A DNA stretch of 64,000 nucleotides from Candidatus Omnitrophota bacterium (GTDB taxonomy: Bacteria; Omnitrophota; Gorgyraeia; Duberdicusellales; 4484-171), in contig JBAWWL010000006.1 of assembly GCA_037146775.1 (NCBI GenBank), positions 79,120-143,119 of the forward strand, written 5' to 3'. A program made the translations under genes and the position numbers. The number at the start of each line of letters is the position of its first letter. Position 1 is the stretch's first letter. This document shows positions 27,023 to 37,173 of the stretch, piece by piece. The notes under the pieces were generated by a model. The model was not told the origin of the DNA. It did not search any database and saw only the letters and a program-made list of their open reading frames with translations.

Positions 27023-27997
27023 CTATATCCATCTAAGAACACAGCTACCCCAAACCAACCCGCCGCCGAATGCGTCCATAACCACGATATCGTCTTTTTT
27101 GATCCTGCCCTCTTCCCACGCCTCACACAGGGCTACCGCGCTGGAAGCAGACGACATGTTGCCGTAGCGAGAAATATTCACATATATTTTGTCGTGCGAC
27201 AAACCCAACCGGGTTGCAACCGCATTAATAATACGCTCATTAGCTTGATGAGGGATCAAAAGGTGTATATCGGAAGGACTAAGGTTTGCCTCTTTGAGGG
27301 CATGCTTCGCTGCGCCTACCATAACCCTCACCGCAATACGAAAAAGTTCATTGCCCCTCATCTTAATATAATGTTGCCGATGTTTCAGTGTTTCTTCGGA
27401 TACGGGATGTCGCGAACCACCGCCAGGAAGCATCAAAAGTTCGGCTTGTGAACCGTCGCTGCCCAAATAAGCGCTCAAAAAACTATCCTTTTTATTTTCT
27501 ACCAAAACCGCTGCGCCGGCGCCGTCACCGAAAAGAATGCAAGTAGAGCGGTCTTGCCAGTCAGTCACACAAGAAAGAACCTCTGCCCCTACCACCAATG
27601 CGTTTTTATACAAACCACCCTTGATGAATTGCCACGCACTGGTAAGAGCATATACAAAACCGGCACACGCACCGGATAAATCAAAACAGGCGGCGTGGGT
27701 TGCCTTTAGAGAATTTTGCAGATAACAGGCGGTCGAAGGAAAATGCATGTCAGGGGTAATCGTAGCAACAATGATCAGCTGGATATCGCTTGCTTTAAGG
27801 CCGGCGCGTTTTAGGGCACTCTTCGCAGCTTCAAACGCAAGTTGCGACGCAGCCACGCCTTTGTCGGCTATCCTTCTTTCTTTAATGCCTGTACGAGTAC
27901 TAATCCATTCGTCAGATGTATCGACCATCTTTTCTAAAGCAGCATTGGTCAATACGTGCGGTGGTAGATATTTCCCTAATCCAACTATTTTTGCCAC
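27023..27997 (-). CDS. fabH: 3-oxoacyl-ACP synthase III
   Basis: Active Cys (SGACAGF), His (PHQANER) and Asn (GNMSSAS). Confidence 0.92.
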   Translation of the reverse strand: MAKIVGLGKYLPPHVLTNAALEKMVDTSDEWISTRTGIKERRIADKGVAASQLAFEAAKSALKRAGLKASDIQLIIVATITPDMHFPSTACYLQNSLKATHAACFDLSGACAGFVYALTSAWQFIKGGLYKNALVVGAEVLSCVTDWQDRSTCILFGDGAGAAVLVENKKDSFLSAYLGSDGSQAELLMLPGGGSRHPVSEETLKHRQHYIKMRGNELFRIAVRVMVGAAKHALKEANLSPSDIHLLIPHQANERIINAVATRLGLSHDKIYVNISRYGNMSSASSAVALCEAWEEGRIKKDDIVVMDAFGGGLVWGSCVLRWI

Positions 27998-28016
27998 GGT
28001 AAAATACGCTCCTTTT

Positions 28017-29051
28017 CTACGCTGCTGCCAGTAAAGCTTTAATACTTTCAGTCTGACAAATTTCGTTGACTTTTGATTTGATTTTTATATTTAAATCGTG
28101 CTTGAGCTCATTTATTGCCGCTCGTATGGCATTTTTAACCGCCAGGTCATTTGAGCGGCCATGACCGATGATAACCACGCCGTCTACCCCTAAAAGCGGC
28201 GCACCGCCGTACTCCGCATAATCAAGTAACCTTTTAAATTTGCGCAAACTCCTCTTGATTAAAAATAAACCAAACAGGCCAAGAGGATCTTTTTTGATGG
28301 TATCAAAAAGAAGCCTACCCATAGCCTCCGCGCAACCCTCGGTAACCTTTAGGGCAACGTTTCCAACATAACCGTCAGAGATAATACAGTCACATTTACC
28401 CGTAAAAATATCCTTTGCTTCTAAATTACCGATAAAATTAACCGGCGATGCAGCAAACAACTTGTGCGTATATTTAACAAAATCAGGCCCCTTGGTTTCT
28501 TCCTCTCCAATATTAAGCAGCCCTACCGTAGGATTTTCCTTGTGCAATACAGAGCTATAGTACACCGAGGCCATAATACCATATTGAAAAAGATGCAGCG
28601 GCTTAGGGTCAATGTTTGCGCCCACGTCAATAACCAAAGAAACTCCTGCGCGTGTAGGCAGCAGTAAACCAATACCGGGACGCTCCACTCCTTCGATGAG
28701 GCCTAAGGTGAGCGTCGAAGCACATACTCCGGCGCCGGTATTTCCACAGGAAACTAACGCATCAATTTTGCGTTCTTTCAAAAGATTAGCTCCCACCACA
28801 AGAGAAGAATTCTTTTTCCTGCGTATCGAGGTAGCCGGAGATTCGCCCATGCCGATTTTTTCGGGAGCATTCACGACGGTAAATTTTTTTAAATCCGCCT
28901 TATGTATACGCGCCTGGGCTTCAATTTCTTCTTGTACACCAATAAGCACTATTTCTTCATCGAATTCCTGCTGTGCAAGCAAGGCTCCCTTAAATATCTC
29001 CTGGGGTGCATGGTCTCCTCCTGAGACATCCAATCCGATCCGATATTTCAT
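28017..29051 (-). CDS. plsX: phosphate acyltransferase PlsX
   Basis: 344 aa PlsX fold. It follows rpmF as in the conserved rpmF-plsX-fabH cluster. Confidence 0.9.
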   Translation of the reverse strand: MKYRIGLDVSGGDHAPQEIFKGALLAQQEFDEEIVLIGVQEEIEAQARIHKADLKKFTVVNAPEKIGMGESPATSIRRKKNSSLVVGANLLKERKIDALVSCGNTGAGVCASTLTLGLIEGVERPGIGLLLPTRAGVSLVIDVGANIDPKPLHLFQYGIMASVYYSSVLHKENPTVGLLNIGEEETKGPDFVKYTHKLFAASPVNFIGNLEAKDIFTGKCDCIISDGYVGNVALKVTEGCAEAMGRLLFDTIKKDPLGLFGLFLIKRSLRKFKRLLDYAEYGGAPLLGVDGVVIIGHGRSNDLAVKNAIRAAINELKHDLNIKIKSKVNEICQTESIKALLAAA

Positions 29052-29251
29052 CTTTGCTCCTTCCTTTTCTCTTTTAATTCAATCTTGATTATTTCTTTGC
29101 CGGCATAATAACCACAGAAAGGGCACACCATATGAGCGGGTTTCAGTTTACGACATTGCTTGCATACTACCAAAAGCGGCACTGCCAGTTTTTGATGCGT
29201 TCGATGTTTTCGAGAGCGAGATTTCGAATGTTTTCGTTTAGGAAGAGCCAT
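29048..29251 (-). CDS. rpmF: 50S ribosomal protein L32
   Basis: 67 aa. N-terminal MALPKRKHSKSRSRKHR and the zinc ribbon CKQC...CPFCGYY. Confidence 0.9.
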   Translation of the reverse strand: MALPKRKHSKSRSRKHRTHQKLAVPLLVVCKQCRKLKPAHMVCPFCGYYAGKEIIKIELKEKRKEQR

Positions 29252-29298
29252 AAAACCTCCTTTTGGTTATATTCGATATACTATGCTGAAATTATTTC

Positions 29299-29709
29299 TT
29301 ACGCACTACACCTACATTGCTCAAAGTTTAAATTTACTTTACAGCCAGGACATAACCCTTTACACTCCGTGCTGCAAAGCACTTTCATGGGAAAATTAAG
29401 CAATATCTCTTCGCGAATATCCTTGTCAATCTCAAGATACTTTCCTAAATGATGTACGTTGTAGTTCAATGTAAATTCTTGCGTTGTAGTTTGTCTTTTT
29501 TCTTCCAGACAACGCGAACAACAAATATTCCTGTGTACAGTAACGACTGCCTCAACGATGATTTCTTTATCAAAACGCGCAAAACTGCAAACCAGGTGTA
29601 TAGCGTCAACAAATTTTACGTCAAAACTGTCTAAATCCCACCCTGTAACGGGAATATCTTCTTGTAATGTAAGCGGTTCGCTGTCTATTCGTTCTATCTC
29701 TACCTTCAT
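29299..29709 (-). CDS. yceD: YceD/DUF177 family protein (23S rRNA accumulation protein)
   Basis: 136 aa with the C-terminal CxxC pair (CSTECKGLCPGC). It sits upstream of rpmF as in many bacteria. Confidence 0.8.
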   Translation of the reverse strand: MKVEIERIDSEPLTLQEDIPVTGWDLDSFDVKFVDAIHLVCSFARFDKEIIVEAVVTVHRNICCSRCLEEKRQTTTQEFTLNYNVHHLGKYLEIDKDIREEILLNFPMKVLCSTECKGLCPGCKVNLNFEQCRCSA

Positions 29710-29746
29710 ATTACCCCGCGCCCCTATACTACGCTAAGCGCTAATA

Positions 29747-30244
29747 CTATACCTGGGATGTGCCTGCCTGAGGCAACTTTCTCTTAAGCGCCTTCAATAC
29801 ATGTGCCGGCAAAAACTGCTTCAAATCAGCGCCCAGGAAAGCCGCCTCTTTTATCAAACGGGAAGAAATATAGGAATAATACGGGTGAGGCATGAGAAAG
29901 AGTGTTTCGACATCGGAAGCCAGGCTCCGGTTGGTCAAGGCCATCTGAAATTCGTATTCAAAATCAGAGATCATACGCAAGCCCCTGATAATAACTTTGG
30001 CATGATTTATTTTGGCAAACTCTACTACAAGGCCGTTAAACCCCTCAACCGTAATCCCCCTTATCCCCTTAGTTGCTTCTCTAACCATCTCCAACCGCTC
30101 GGAATAGGAAAAAAGGGTGTCCTTAGAGGGATTTTCTACTACGGCAACAATGATTTTCCCAAAAATAAGCGCGGCTCTTTTAATAATATCAATGTGACCG
30201 TTGGTGACCGGGTCGAAAGTCCCTGGGCAAATAGCTTTATTCAC
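29747..30244 (-). CDS. coaD: phosphopantetheine adenylyltransferase
   Basis: GTFDPVTNGH (HxGH nucleotidyltransferase motif). 165 aa. Confidence 0.93.
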   Translation of the reverse strand: MNKAICPGTFDPVTNGHIDIIKRAALIFGKIIVAVVENPSKDTLFSYSERLEMVREATKGIRGITVEGFNGLVVEFAKINHAKVIIRGLRMISDFEYEFQMALTNRSLASDVETLFLMPHPYYSYISSRLIKEAAFLGADLKQFLPAHVLKALKRKLPQAGTSQV

Positions 30245-30800
30245 TGCGAAGAATCTCCTCTTTTCGGTATATCAATAAAAGAGTCTGGCCGTATTTCTTC
30301 TCCACAATAAGCGAAAATCGCTTGCTTTCCTTAAGAAATTCGTCGCGATGATAACAAAAACCTATCACGTAGCCGGAAGGCGTTACTATATCATATTCCT
30401 CCAATGCTTGCAAGATTTTTCTCAGCATTCCCTGATAATAAGGGGGGTCAAGAAAAACAATATCGAAACTACGCCGCTGAACACAGAAATCATGGACCGC
30501 AACATGCGCATCTTTTAAATAAGCTTGGGCATTGGAAGTACTTTTAAGGGCGGTAATATTGGCCCGGATCGCTTCTACGGCTTGATTTTCTTTATCAATA
30601 CATATCAGACTTGCGGCTCCGGACGAAAGGGCCTCCAGCCCCAAAGCACCGGTTCCGGCGAAAAGATCTAAAATATGCTTACCCTCAATTTCGGACCGCA
30701 ACATATCAAAACATGATTTCCTAAGATGGACGGCAACCGGCCTGGTGCCCAGAGAACACACCAAACGCCTGCCTTTGAACTGTCCTTGTATTATTTGCAT
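30237..30800 (-). CDS. rsmD: 16S rRNA (guanine966-N2)-methyltransferase RsmD
   Basis: DLFAGTGALGLEALS and FLDPPY motifs. It is paired with coaD as in Bacillus ylbH-ylbI. Confidence 0.9.
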   Translation of the reverse strand: MQIIQGQFKGRRLVCSLGTRPVAVHLRKSCFDMLRSEIEGKHILDLFAGTGALGLEALSSGAASLICIDKENQAVEAIRANITALKSTSNAQAYLKDAHVAVHDFCVQRRSFDIVFLDPPYYQGMLRKILQALEEYDIVTPSGYVIGFCYHRDEFLKESKRFSLIVEKKYGQTLLLIYRKEEILRSE

Positions 30801-30802
30801 AG

Positions 30803-32887
30803 TCAGTTCGTCACACTTTCAGCATGCTGTGGCTGAAATGCTGAAGTTAACACCTCAAGATAATCCTTAATTGAGCGATGTTCAAGCTTTTCTAACGAAT
30901 GATCGTTCTTAATCACCCGGTAAGCGTATAACCGCGCCTGCTTTAATACTTCTAGATCCCGTAAAGGATTGGCTATCTTAAGGTTAGGCAAGCCATGCTG
31001 AAGTTCACCGAAGAAATCACCGGGCCCGCGCAAGCGCAAATCATCTTCCGCGATAAGAAAACCGTCGTTAGTGGAAGAAATGGCCTTAAGCCTCCGGGAA
31101 GCGTTCTCGGAAATATCGTCCGCGCTAATCAGAATAAAATACGGCTGATGCGTTGAACGCTGGATCCTTCCGCGCAGTTGATGCAATTGTGCCAGGCCAA
31201 ACCGTTCGGGATTCTCTACCATCATGACCGTGGCGTTCTCGATATTGACCCCCACCTCAACGATAGTCGTAGCTACCAAGATATGTATTTTTTTCTCCCG
31301 AAACTTTCGGATAGTTTCTTGCTTCTGTTTCGCCGTAAGCTTTCCATGAAACATATCCACCGAAAAATCGCTAAACTGGCGTGAAATATTTACATACATA
31401 GTTTCCAGGGACTGCAAATCCTCATCCTCGCTTTCCTCTATAACAGGATAAATAATATAGGCTTGGCGCCCTTGACGCAGTTGCTGTCCTATAAAACGGT
31501 ATATTTCCGCTCGCTGGCTCTCTTTTATCCACTTTGTTTGGGGAAGAAGCCTGCCTTTAGGTAATTCCCGTATTATCGAAATATCCAGATCGCCGTATAA
31601 CGAAAGCGCTAAGCTTCTCGGAATAGGAGTCGCGCTCATCACCAAACAATGGGGGTTATTTCCTTTCTTGGGTAAAAGCATGCGCTGAGCAACTCCGAAT
31701 TTATGCTGTTCATCGATTACCGCTAAACCTAATCGCTTGAATAAAACATCTTTTTGTATAAGCGCATGCGTTCCGATAACTATGTCGATAGCGCCCGACC
31801 GTAATCCCTCATAGATACGCTCGGCGTCTTTGGCGGCAAACGAAGAAGTTAAAATCTCGATACGAAAGCCTAACCCCGAAAACATTTTTTCCAATGTTTC
31901 TTTATGCTGATACACCAGGATTTCGGTAGGAACCATAAGCGCGGCCTGTAACCCCGAACGCGCACATAAGGCAATCGCAAACGCGGCAACAACGGTTTTG
32001 CCGCAGCCGACGTCGCCCTGCAAGAGCCGATGCATCGGATAAGACTGAGCCGTATCACTGGTAATTTGTCTTATTGCTTCTTCCTGTGAGGCAGTGAGCG
32101 TAAAATCTAAATTACGCCGCAAGACAGATATCATCTCCCGATCGAAGGTAAACGAAGTTGCCTCCTGAAGCCGATGTTTTGCCTTACGCAAATAAACTAA
32201 AATCTGCGAAAAAAACAGTTCTTCAAAAATAAAACGTTCTCTTGAACGCTGGCTATCTTCCCAGGAATTAGGAAAATGCATAGCTTCCAAGCTCCACATG
32301 ATATTAGGAATATCTTTTTCTTTTCGTATATAAAAAGGTATGGGGTCGGCCAAACTGTTGCGCAGCTGTTCAAACGCGCCGCGAACAATTTTACGTATGA
32401 ATTTCTGAGTTAAAGATCCCGCAAGGCTGTAAATACCGACAATCCTGCCCACATCAAGTGAATCTCCTTTGTCGGGACGATAATACTGGCCGAAAACAAT
32501 CCTAAGTTTATTGCGTTTATACGTCGGCTTACCATACACCATAAGTTCTTCGCCAGCCAAGAGTTGGCGGGCGAGATATTCCTGGTTAAACCACATGCAT
32601 TCGACAGCACCAGTTTCGTCCCCCAGCATGATTTCGAATATACTTTTTATTCTTTTTGCGTTAGCAAAACGTGGTATTCTGCTAAGTTTCGCCGCCAGGA
32701 TTTTACCTTTTATTACCGCTGGCTCATTTACCTTTAATTCAGTTATCTTCCTGACGTTGCGCCGGTCTTCATAGCGAAACGGAAAATAATAAAGCATATC
32801 TCTGACCGTATGCACCGACAGTTCGTTAAAAATCGCTTCTTTTTTCGGGCCTACGCCCTTAAGATATCGTATCGAAAGATGATCCAT
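30803..32887 (-). CDS. recG: ATP-dependent DNA helicase RecG
   Basis: 694 aa with an N-terminal wedge domain, Walker A (GDVGCGKT), DEQH box (VIDEQHKFG) and helicase motif VI (QLRGRIQRS). Confidence 0.93.
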   Translation of the reverse strand: MDHLSIRYLKGVGPKKEAIFNELSVHTVRDMLYYFPFRYEDRRNVRKITELKVNEPAVIKGKILAAKLSRIPRFANAKRIKSIFEIMLGDETGAVECMWFNQEYLARQLLAGEELMVYGKPTYKRNKLRIVFGQYYRPDKGDSLDVGRIVGIYSLAGSLTQKFIRKIVRGAFEQLRNSLADPIPFYIRKEKDIPNIMWSLEAMHFPNSWEDSQRSRERFIFEELFFSQILVYLRKAKHRLQEATSFTFDREMISVLRRNLDFTLTASQEEAIRQITSDTAQSYPMHRLLQGDVGCGKTVVAAFAIALCARSGLQAALMVPTEILVYQHKETLEKMFSGLGFRIEILTSSFAAKDAERIYEGLRSGAIDIVIGTHALIQKDVLFKRLGLAVIDEQHKFGVAQRMLLPKKGNNPHCLVMSATPIPRSLALSLYGDLDISIIRELPKGRLLPQTKWIKESQRAEIYRFIGQQLRQGRQAYIIYPVIEESEDEDLQSLETMYVNISRQFSDFSVDMFHGKLTAKQKQETIRKFREKKIHILVATTIVEVGVNIENATVMMVENPERFGLAQLHQLRGRIQRSTHQPYFILISADDISENASRRLKAISSTNDGFLIAEDDLRLRGPGDFFGELQHGLPNLKIANPLRDLEVLKQARLYAYRVIKNDHSLEKLEHRSIKDYLEVLTSAFQPQHAESVTN

Positions 32888-32899
32888 AAAAGGCTATTG

Positions 32900-33829
32900 T
32901 TACGATATATTTGTATACTGAGCAATGATTTCTCGGTGATCAAAAGCAATATGGCTGGGTAGGTTATCCAACGTAAATACTTGCGCATTTTTTGCATCGC
33001 TTGCAGCCGACAAAACCCCCTCTCCCTTTCCGATAAACACTACAGAAACAGTATGAAAACGGGGATCCCGTCCTGGGTCAGAACGCACCATAAATTGTTT
33101 TACGTCAACAAAAGTAAGGTTGGTTTCTTCCTTGACTTCCCGTACAACCGCGTGCTCAACACTTTCACCATAATCGACAAAACCACCAGGCAAAGCCCAG
33201 CCTAGCGGTGGATTCGTGCGCTCTACCATAACAATCCCCCCTCGATACATCACAATACCGTCAACAGTAAGAAAGGGGCCCTGGCATATCTTCCGAATAA
33301 GATGCTCTAAATAATCGCATACATTTTTATTAAAAATATTAAACGCCTCATCGGAAAATAATACAAAAACTATTTTTTTCAACGTAGGCTGTTCGGTTTC
33401 TTGAAGATAACGAAAAACCTCCTGAGCCATTATTTTGGAGGCCGTTTCATAGGAAAACTTCCCCACCCCACAGCCTAAAGCGCAAAACGAAAGTGAACTA
33501 ATTTTATTCTTTTGCGCAACTAAAAGAGTATTTAATGTTGCTTTCCGAACAATGGCTTCGTTAGTTTTGAAATCCATTTTCATCGTGGCGGCATGAATAA
33601 TATATTTTGCTTTTAATGAGCCTGCACCGGTTAATACTGCCTCTCCCACTTCTACCGGCCCCTGACGCACGGCTTCTTCCTCAATCTGCGCGCCGCCTTT
33701 TTTCTTCAGCGCTCCGGCCACGCCGCCACCCATATAAAACTCGTTATTCGCGGCATTAACTATCGCCTCAGTATCAGCGAGGGTAATATCACCCTTGGTT
33801 ACCATTATTTCAGTATCCTTTATTTTCAT
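32900..33829 (-). CDS. Macro domain (ADP-ribose binding/deacylase) fused to a Nudix hydrolase
   Basis: N-terminal Macro motifs (GDITLADTEAIVNAANNEFYMGGGVAGAL) and a C-terminal Nudix box (GGFVDYGESVEHAVVREVKEETNL). Confidence 0.8.
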   Translation of the reverse strand: MKIKDTEIMVTKGDITLADTEAIVNAANNEFYMGGGVAGALKKKGGAQIEEEAVRQGPVEVGEAVLTGAGSLKAKYIIHAATMKMDFKTNEAIVRKATLNTLLVAQKNKISSLSFCALGCGVGKFSYETASKIMAQEVFRYLQETEQPTLKKIVFVLFSDEAFNIFNKNVCDYLEHLIRKICQGPFLTVDGIVMYRGGIVMVERTNPPLGWALPGGFVDYGESVEHAVVREVKEETNLTFVDVKQFMVRSDPGRDPRFHTVSVVFIGKGEGVLSAASDAKNAQVFTLDNLPSHIAFDHREIIAQYTNIS

Positions 33830-33856
33830 TATACCCTCCGCTGCACGATTGCAGTT

Positions 33857-34162
33857 CTATTTCAGCAATGCTTTATTATCTTTGATTGAAATAACTTGCG
33901 CTTTGCGCAAACCAGCAAATTTTACTCCGCATTCTACCATCGTACCGATGGTGATAGCTATAGCGAAAAAAATCAATAGCAACAACAGTATAATTTTCGG
34001 TTTATTTTTTATCTTCCATGCCACCACGATCGAACCTATCAGCCCAAGAGAACTGATACCCATATCGCCCGACAATGAGCTAAAGATAAGACAAGAAAGA
34101 AGAATAAATGTTATACACGACAGAAAAATTATTATCTTCTTCATAAGATATAACCAGAACAA
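33857..34162 (-). CDS. small hypothetical membrane protein (3 predicted TM helices)
   Basis: Hydrophobic 101 aa ORF with no motifs. Confidence 0.4.
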   Translation of the reverse strand: MFWLYLMKKIIIFLSCITFILLSCLIFSSLSGDMGISSLGLIGSIVVAWKIKNKPKIILLLLLIFFAIAITIGTMVECGVKFAGLRKAQVISIKDNKALLK

Positions 34163-34189
34163 TTTTATCCTGGCACCGTATCCTTGCGA

Positions 34190-35632
34190 TCAACCGCTAA
34201 CTTTTGCCTTTTTAACCAAATCTTTAGCAACTAGATATGCCTGGTTTTTGTTCTTTACCTTTCCTAAAACCTGTTCTTCTTTTATTTTCTTTAATATTTT
34301 TCCTACCAAAGGCGAGGGGGTTATATTGAACTTACGCATCACGTCATAACCATCAACTAGCCGAGGCAGGGGCTTTTTCTTTTTATTCGTAAAATAACCA
34401 TTCATCAACCCAAACATTACTTTTTCATGCCTTTTTCGCTTGTAGGCATTGGTCAGCGGCCCGCGGGTCGCACGCCAATCAGAAAGAGAAAGTACGATCA
34501 CCGCCGCTCCCTCCTCCTCGGTATCCCGGAAAAAATGATAGATCGCGCGCTGTGAAGGCGTTACCTGATCTGCCAGATAACCCGGCCTAAGATGCCAAAA
34601 AGTAAGTTTTTTTAACAGGTCCTTCTCCCGCAAAGAAAGCCGTAAACCTTTCGCCACATGCTCCATCAAATCCCGGCCTATCTTTTCGTGCATATGAAAA
34701 ATAGTTCTTTTACCCTTTTTACGCTTAGCGAGAGGCTTGCCGATATCATGCAAAAGACAAGCTAATTTGATAATCTGAAAACGCCTTCTGCCTTGAGCCA
34801 ACTCTTCCTGCAAATACTCGCGCAACTCTTTATGCTTAACCAATCGCCTGCGGTATAACAGCTCAAACTCCCGCAACGCTTCCAAAGAATGCTGCCACAC
34901 ATCGAGATGATGGTATCCGCCCTGCAAAACTCCCCGGCAACGGCTGACCTGAGGGATAATTTCGTCGATGATCTTAAATTCATCCATGCGCTTTATCGCC
35001 GGGTAGGACGACGACGAGGCAAATATTTTGAAAAGTTCTTCGTTAATACGCTCCCGAGAAACATTTCGCAGGAGATGCTTATGTTTGACCATCGCTTTTT
35101 GCGTATTTTTTTCCAGCCGGCAACCGTAATTTACCATAAACGAAAATCCTCTTAAGATACGCAACGGATCTTCAACAATCACCCTTTCCTGTACAGTACG
35201 TATTATTTTTTTACGCATATCCTTGCGGCCCTGGAAATAATCGATCAAAGGCGCTTGAGACGCATCGAGGGGCAAAGCTAGCGTATTGATGGAAAAGTCG
35301 CGCAGGCTTAAATCTTCGCGGATATCTTTGCCGCGCATACGCGTAAAATCATAGGTATATATTTTTTTGTTGCGTTTCAAAATAACACGAAAGCTACCCT
35401 GGCGTTCATCGAGCACAATATATTTGGAATGTATTTTTTTTGCGAATGCACTGGCAAAAAAACGTGCTTTTTTCTCTACACAAAAATCAAAGTCGCACAA
35501 CTCTTTTGTACGTTTCAGATAAATATCCCGTAAAAATCCCCCTACCAACCACACATGGTTATGTTGTTTTCTGGCCAATGCCGCGATAAGCGAAAAATAA
35601 GGAATTTTTTTAGAAAATAGGCTCTCTTTCAT
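34190..35632 (-). CDS. CCA-adding tRNA nucleotidyltransferase family protein with C-terminal HD domain, paralog 2
   Basis: Head domain (LVGGFLRDIYLKR..DFDFCV, LRDFSINT) plus an HD phosphohydrolase motif (LLHDIGKP with upstream H..H). Confidence 0.85.
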   Translation of the reverse strand: MKESLFSKKIPYFSLIAALARKQHNHVWLVGGFLRDIYLKRTKELCDFDFCVEKKARFFASAFAKKIHSKYIVLDERQGSFRVILKRNKKIYTYDFTRMRGKDIREDLSLRDFSINTLALPLDASQAPLIDYFQGRKDMRKKIIRTVQERVIVEDPLRILRGFSFMVNYGCRLEKNTQKAMVKHKHLLRNVSRERINEELFKIFASSSSYPAIKRMDEFKIIDEIIPQVSRCRGVLQGGYHHLDVWQHSLEALREFELLYRRRLVKHKELREYLQEELAQGRRRFQIIKLACLLHDIGKPLAKRKKGKRTIFHMHEKIGRDLMEHVAKGLRLSLREKDLLKKLTFWHLRPGYLADQVTPSQRAIYHFFRDTEEEGAAVIVLSLSDWRATRGPLTNAYKRKRHEKVMFGLMNGYFTNKKKKPLPRLVDGYDVMRKFNITPSPLVGKILKKIKEEQVLGKVKNKNQAYLVAKDLVKKAKVSG

Positions 35633-35759
35633 AAAAATACCTGTCGTTTTAGCAGCATGATTCTAAGATTTTGCTGCATATGTCATCCCCACATAATACA
35701 TGCATTGCATTATGCGCATAAAATTCTGCCTTCCGGAAAACGTTACGCTGCTTAACGTA

Positions 35760-36161
35760 TTAAATTCCTTCCGATAATTTATTTAATACCATCTCGTCAA
35801 CAAAAAGCGGGGATTTCGTTCGTACCGCCAAAGCGATACTGTCGGAAGGGCGGGCATCCATAATTTTTATACCGTCGACACCTGAAGAAAGGTATAACTT
35901 AGCATGAAACGTATTGTCGATCAATTTATCAATCACTATTTTTTCTAAATGCACGCCATAGGCATCAAGAAAAGCACACATCAAATCATGAGTAAGCGGT
36001 CGAGGCGGAACAAAACCGTTCACCTGCATCCGTATTGCAGCTGCCTCGGCCATTCCGACAACAATAGGCAAATAACGGTTGCCGCCCTTTTCCCTAAGGA
36101 CAACTACCTGTTCCCTTTTTTCTTCGTCGATAATAATACGGGAAATCTCTACTTCAATCAT
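35760..36161 (-). CDS. bifunctional nuclease (BFN/DUF151) domain protein
   Basis: 133 aa with the characteristic LPIVVGMAEAAAI motif. Confidence 0.7.
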   Translation of the reverse strand: MIEVEISRIIIDEEKREQVVVLREKGGNRYLPIVVGMAEAAAIRMQVNGFVPPRPLTHDLMCAFLDAYGVHLEKIVIDKLIDNTFHAKLYLSSGVDGIKIMDARPSDSIALAVRTKSPLFVDEMVLNKLSEGI

Positions 36162-36235
36162 TTTTTTCTTGCGATAACAAACAACGGTATTGCATGAAGC
36201 GTTTTGGCAGATGGGGATCGAGCGACCTAAACTAG

Positions 36236-36700
36236 CTATTTGATCTTTTTACCTAAAATGTCGCGCAGCTCTCGCATAAACTGGTTAATATCTTTAAACT
36301 GACGGTACACCGAGGCAAACCGTACATATGCCACATCATCCAGCTTGTATAGCTTCTCAATCACTAATTCCCCGACATGCCGCGATTCCACTTCTTGATC
36401 AAATTTCTTCTGTATTTCTGTTTCAACCTCGCTAGCCAGCTGCTCTATCTTTTCCATGCTCACGGGACGTTTCTGGCACGCATTGCGTAAACCTGATAAT
36501 ATTTTCTCGCGACTGAAAGGCTCTCTCCTGCCATCTTTTTTAATCACCATCAGGGGTGTTTTTTCGATATATTCATAAGTGGTAAAACGCTTGCTGCACT
36601 CAAGACATTCACGCCGGCGCCTCACTGCGGTCGCATCCGCCGTTTCCCGGGAGTCAATGACTTTATCCTCGTTATGGTTACAATACGGACATTTCATCAC
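36236..36700 (-). CDS. nrdR: transcriptional repressor NrdR
   Basis: MKCPYC...CLEC zinc ribbon plus an ATP-cone domain. 154 aa. Confidence 0.93.
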   Translation of the reverse strand: MMKCPYCNHNEDKVIDSRETADATAVRRRRECLECSKRFTTYEYIEKTPLMVIKKDGRREPFSREKILSGLRNACQKRPVSMEKIEQLASEVETEIQKKFDQEVESRHVGELVIEKLYKLDDVAYVRFASVYRQFKDINQFMRELRDILGKKIK

Positions 36701-37173
36701 GACCTTCCTTTTTTGAATTTACGCATATTTACCTTTGCCTCTTTCAAAAAATCAATAGCCATTTTATCGGGATACTCACCGGAAATAATCACTTCTTTCA
36801 CTCCGGCGTTGATCAGCATTTTTGCGCAAATACTGCACGGTGTATGGGTAATATAAATAATACTTTCTTTCACCGATACGCCGTGGCGCGCCGCCTGCAA
36901 CAATACATTCTGCTCGGCATGTAACCCTCTGCACATTTCGTGCCGCTGACCCGAAGGGATATTAAGCGTCTGGCGCACACATCCCCCTTCGGCACAATGC
37001 GCAATGCCGGTAGGCGCACCGTTATAGCCGGTAGCAAGGATCTGTTTGTCTTTCACCAAGACCGCGCCTACCTTACGACGCAGGCAGGTAGAACGCTCGC
37101 TCACCAAGAAAGCGGCCCGTATGAAATATTCGTCCCAGGTTGGTCTCTTATTATTCTTGGCCATATTATACAA
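36697..37173 (-). CDS. dCMP deaminase (zinc-dependent cytidine/deoxycytidylate deaminase family)
   Basis: HAEQNVL and PCSICAK zinc-binding motifs. 158 aa. Confidence 0.88.
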   Translation of the reverse strand: MYNMAKNNKRPTWDEYFIRAAFLVSERSTCLRRKVGAVLVKDKQILATGYNGAPTGIAHCAEGGCVRQTLNIPSGQRHEMCRGLHAEQNVLLQAARHGVSVKESIIYITHTPCSICAKMLINAGVKEVIISGEYPDKMAIDFLKEAKVNMRKFKKGRS

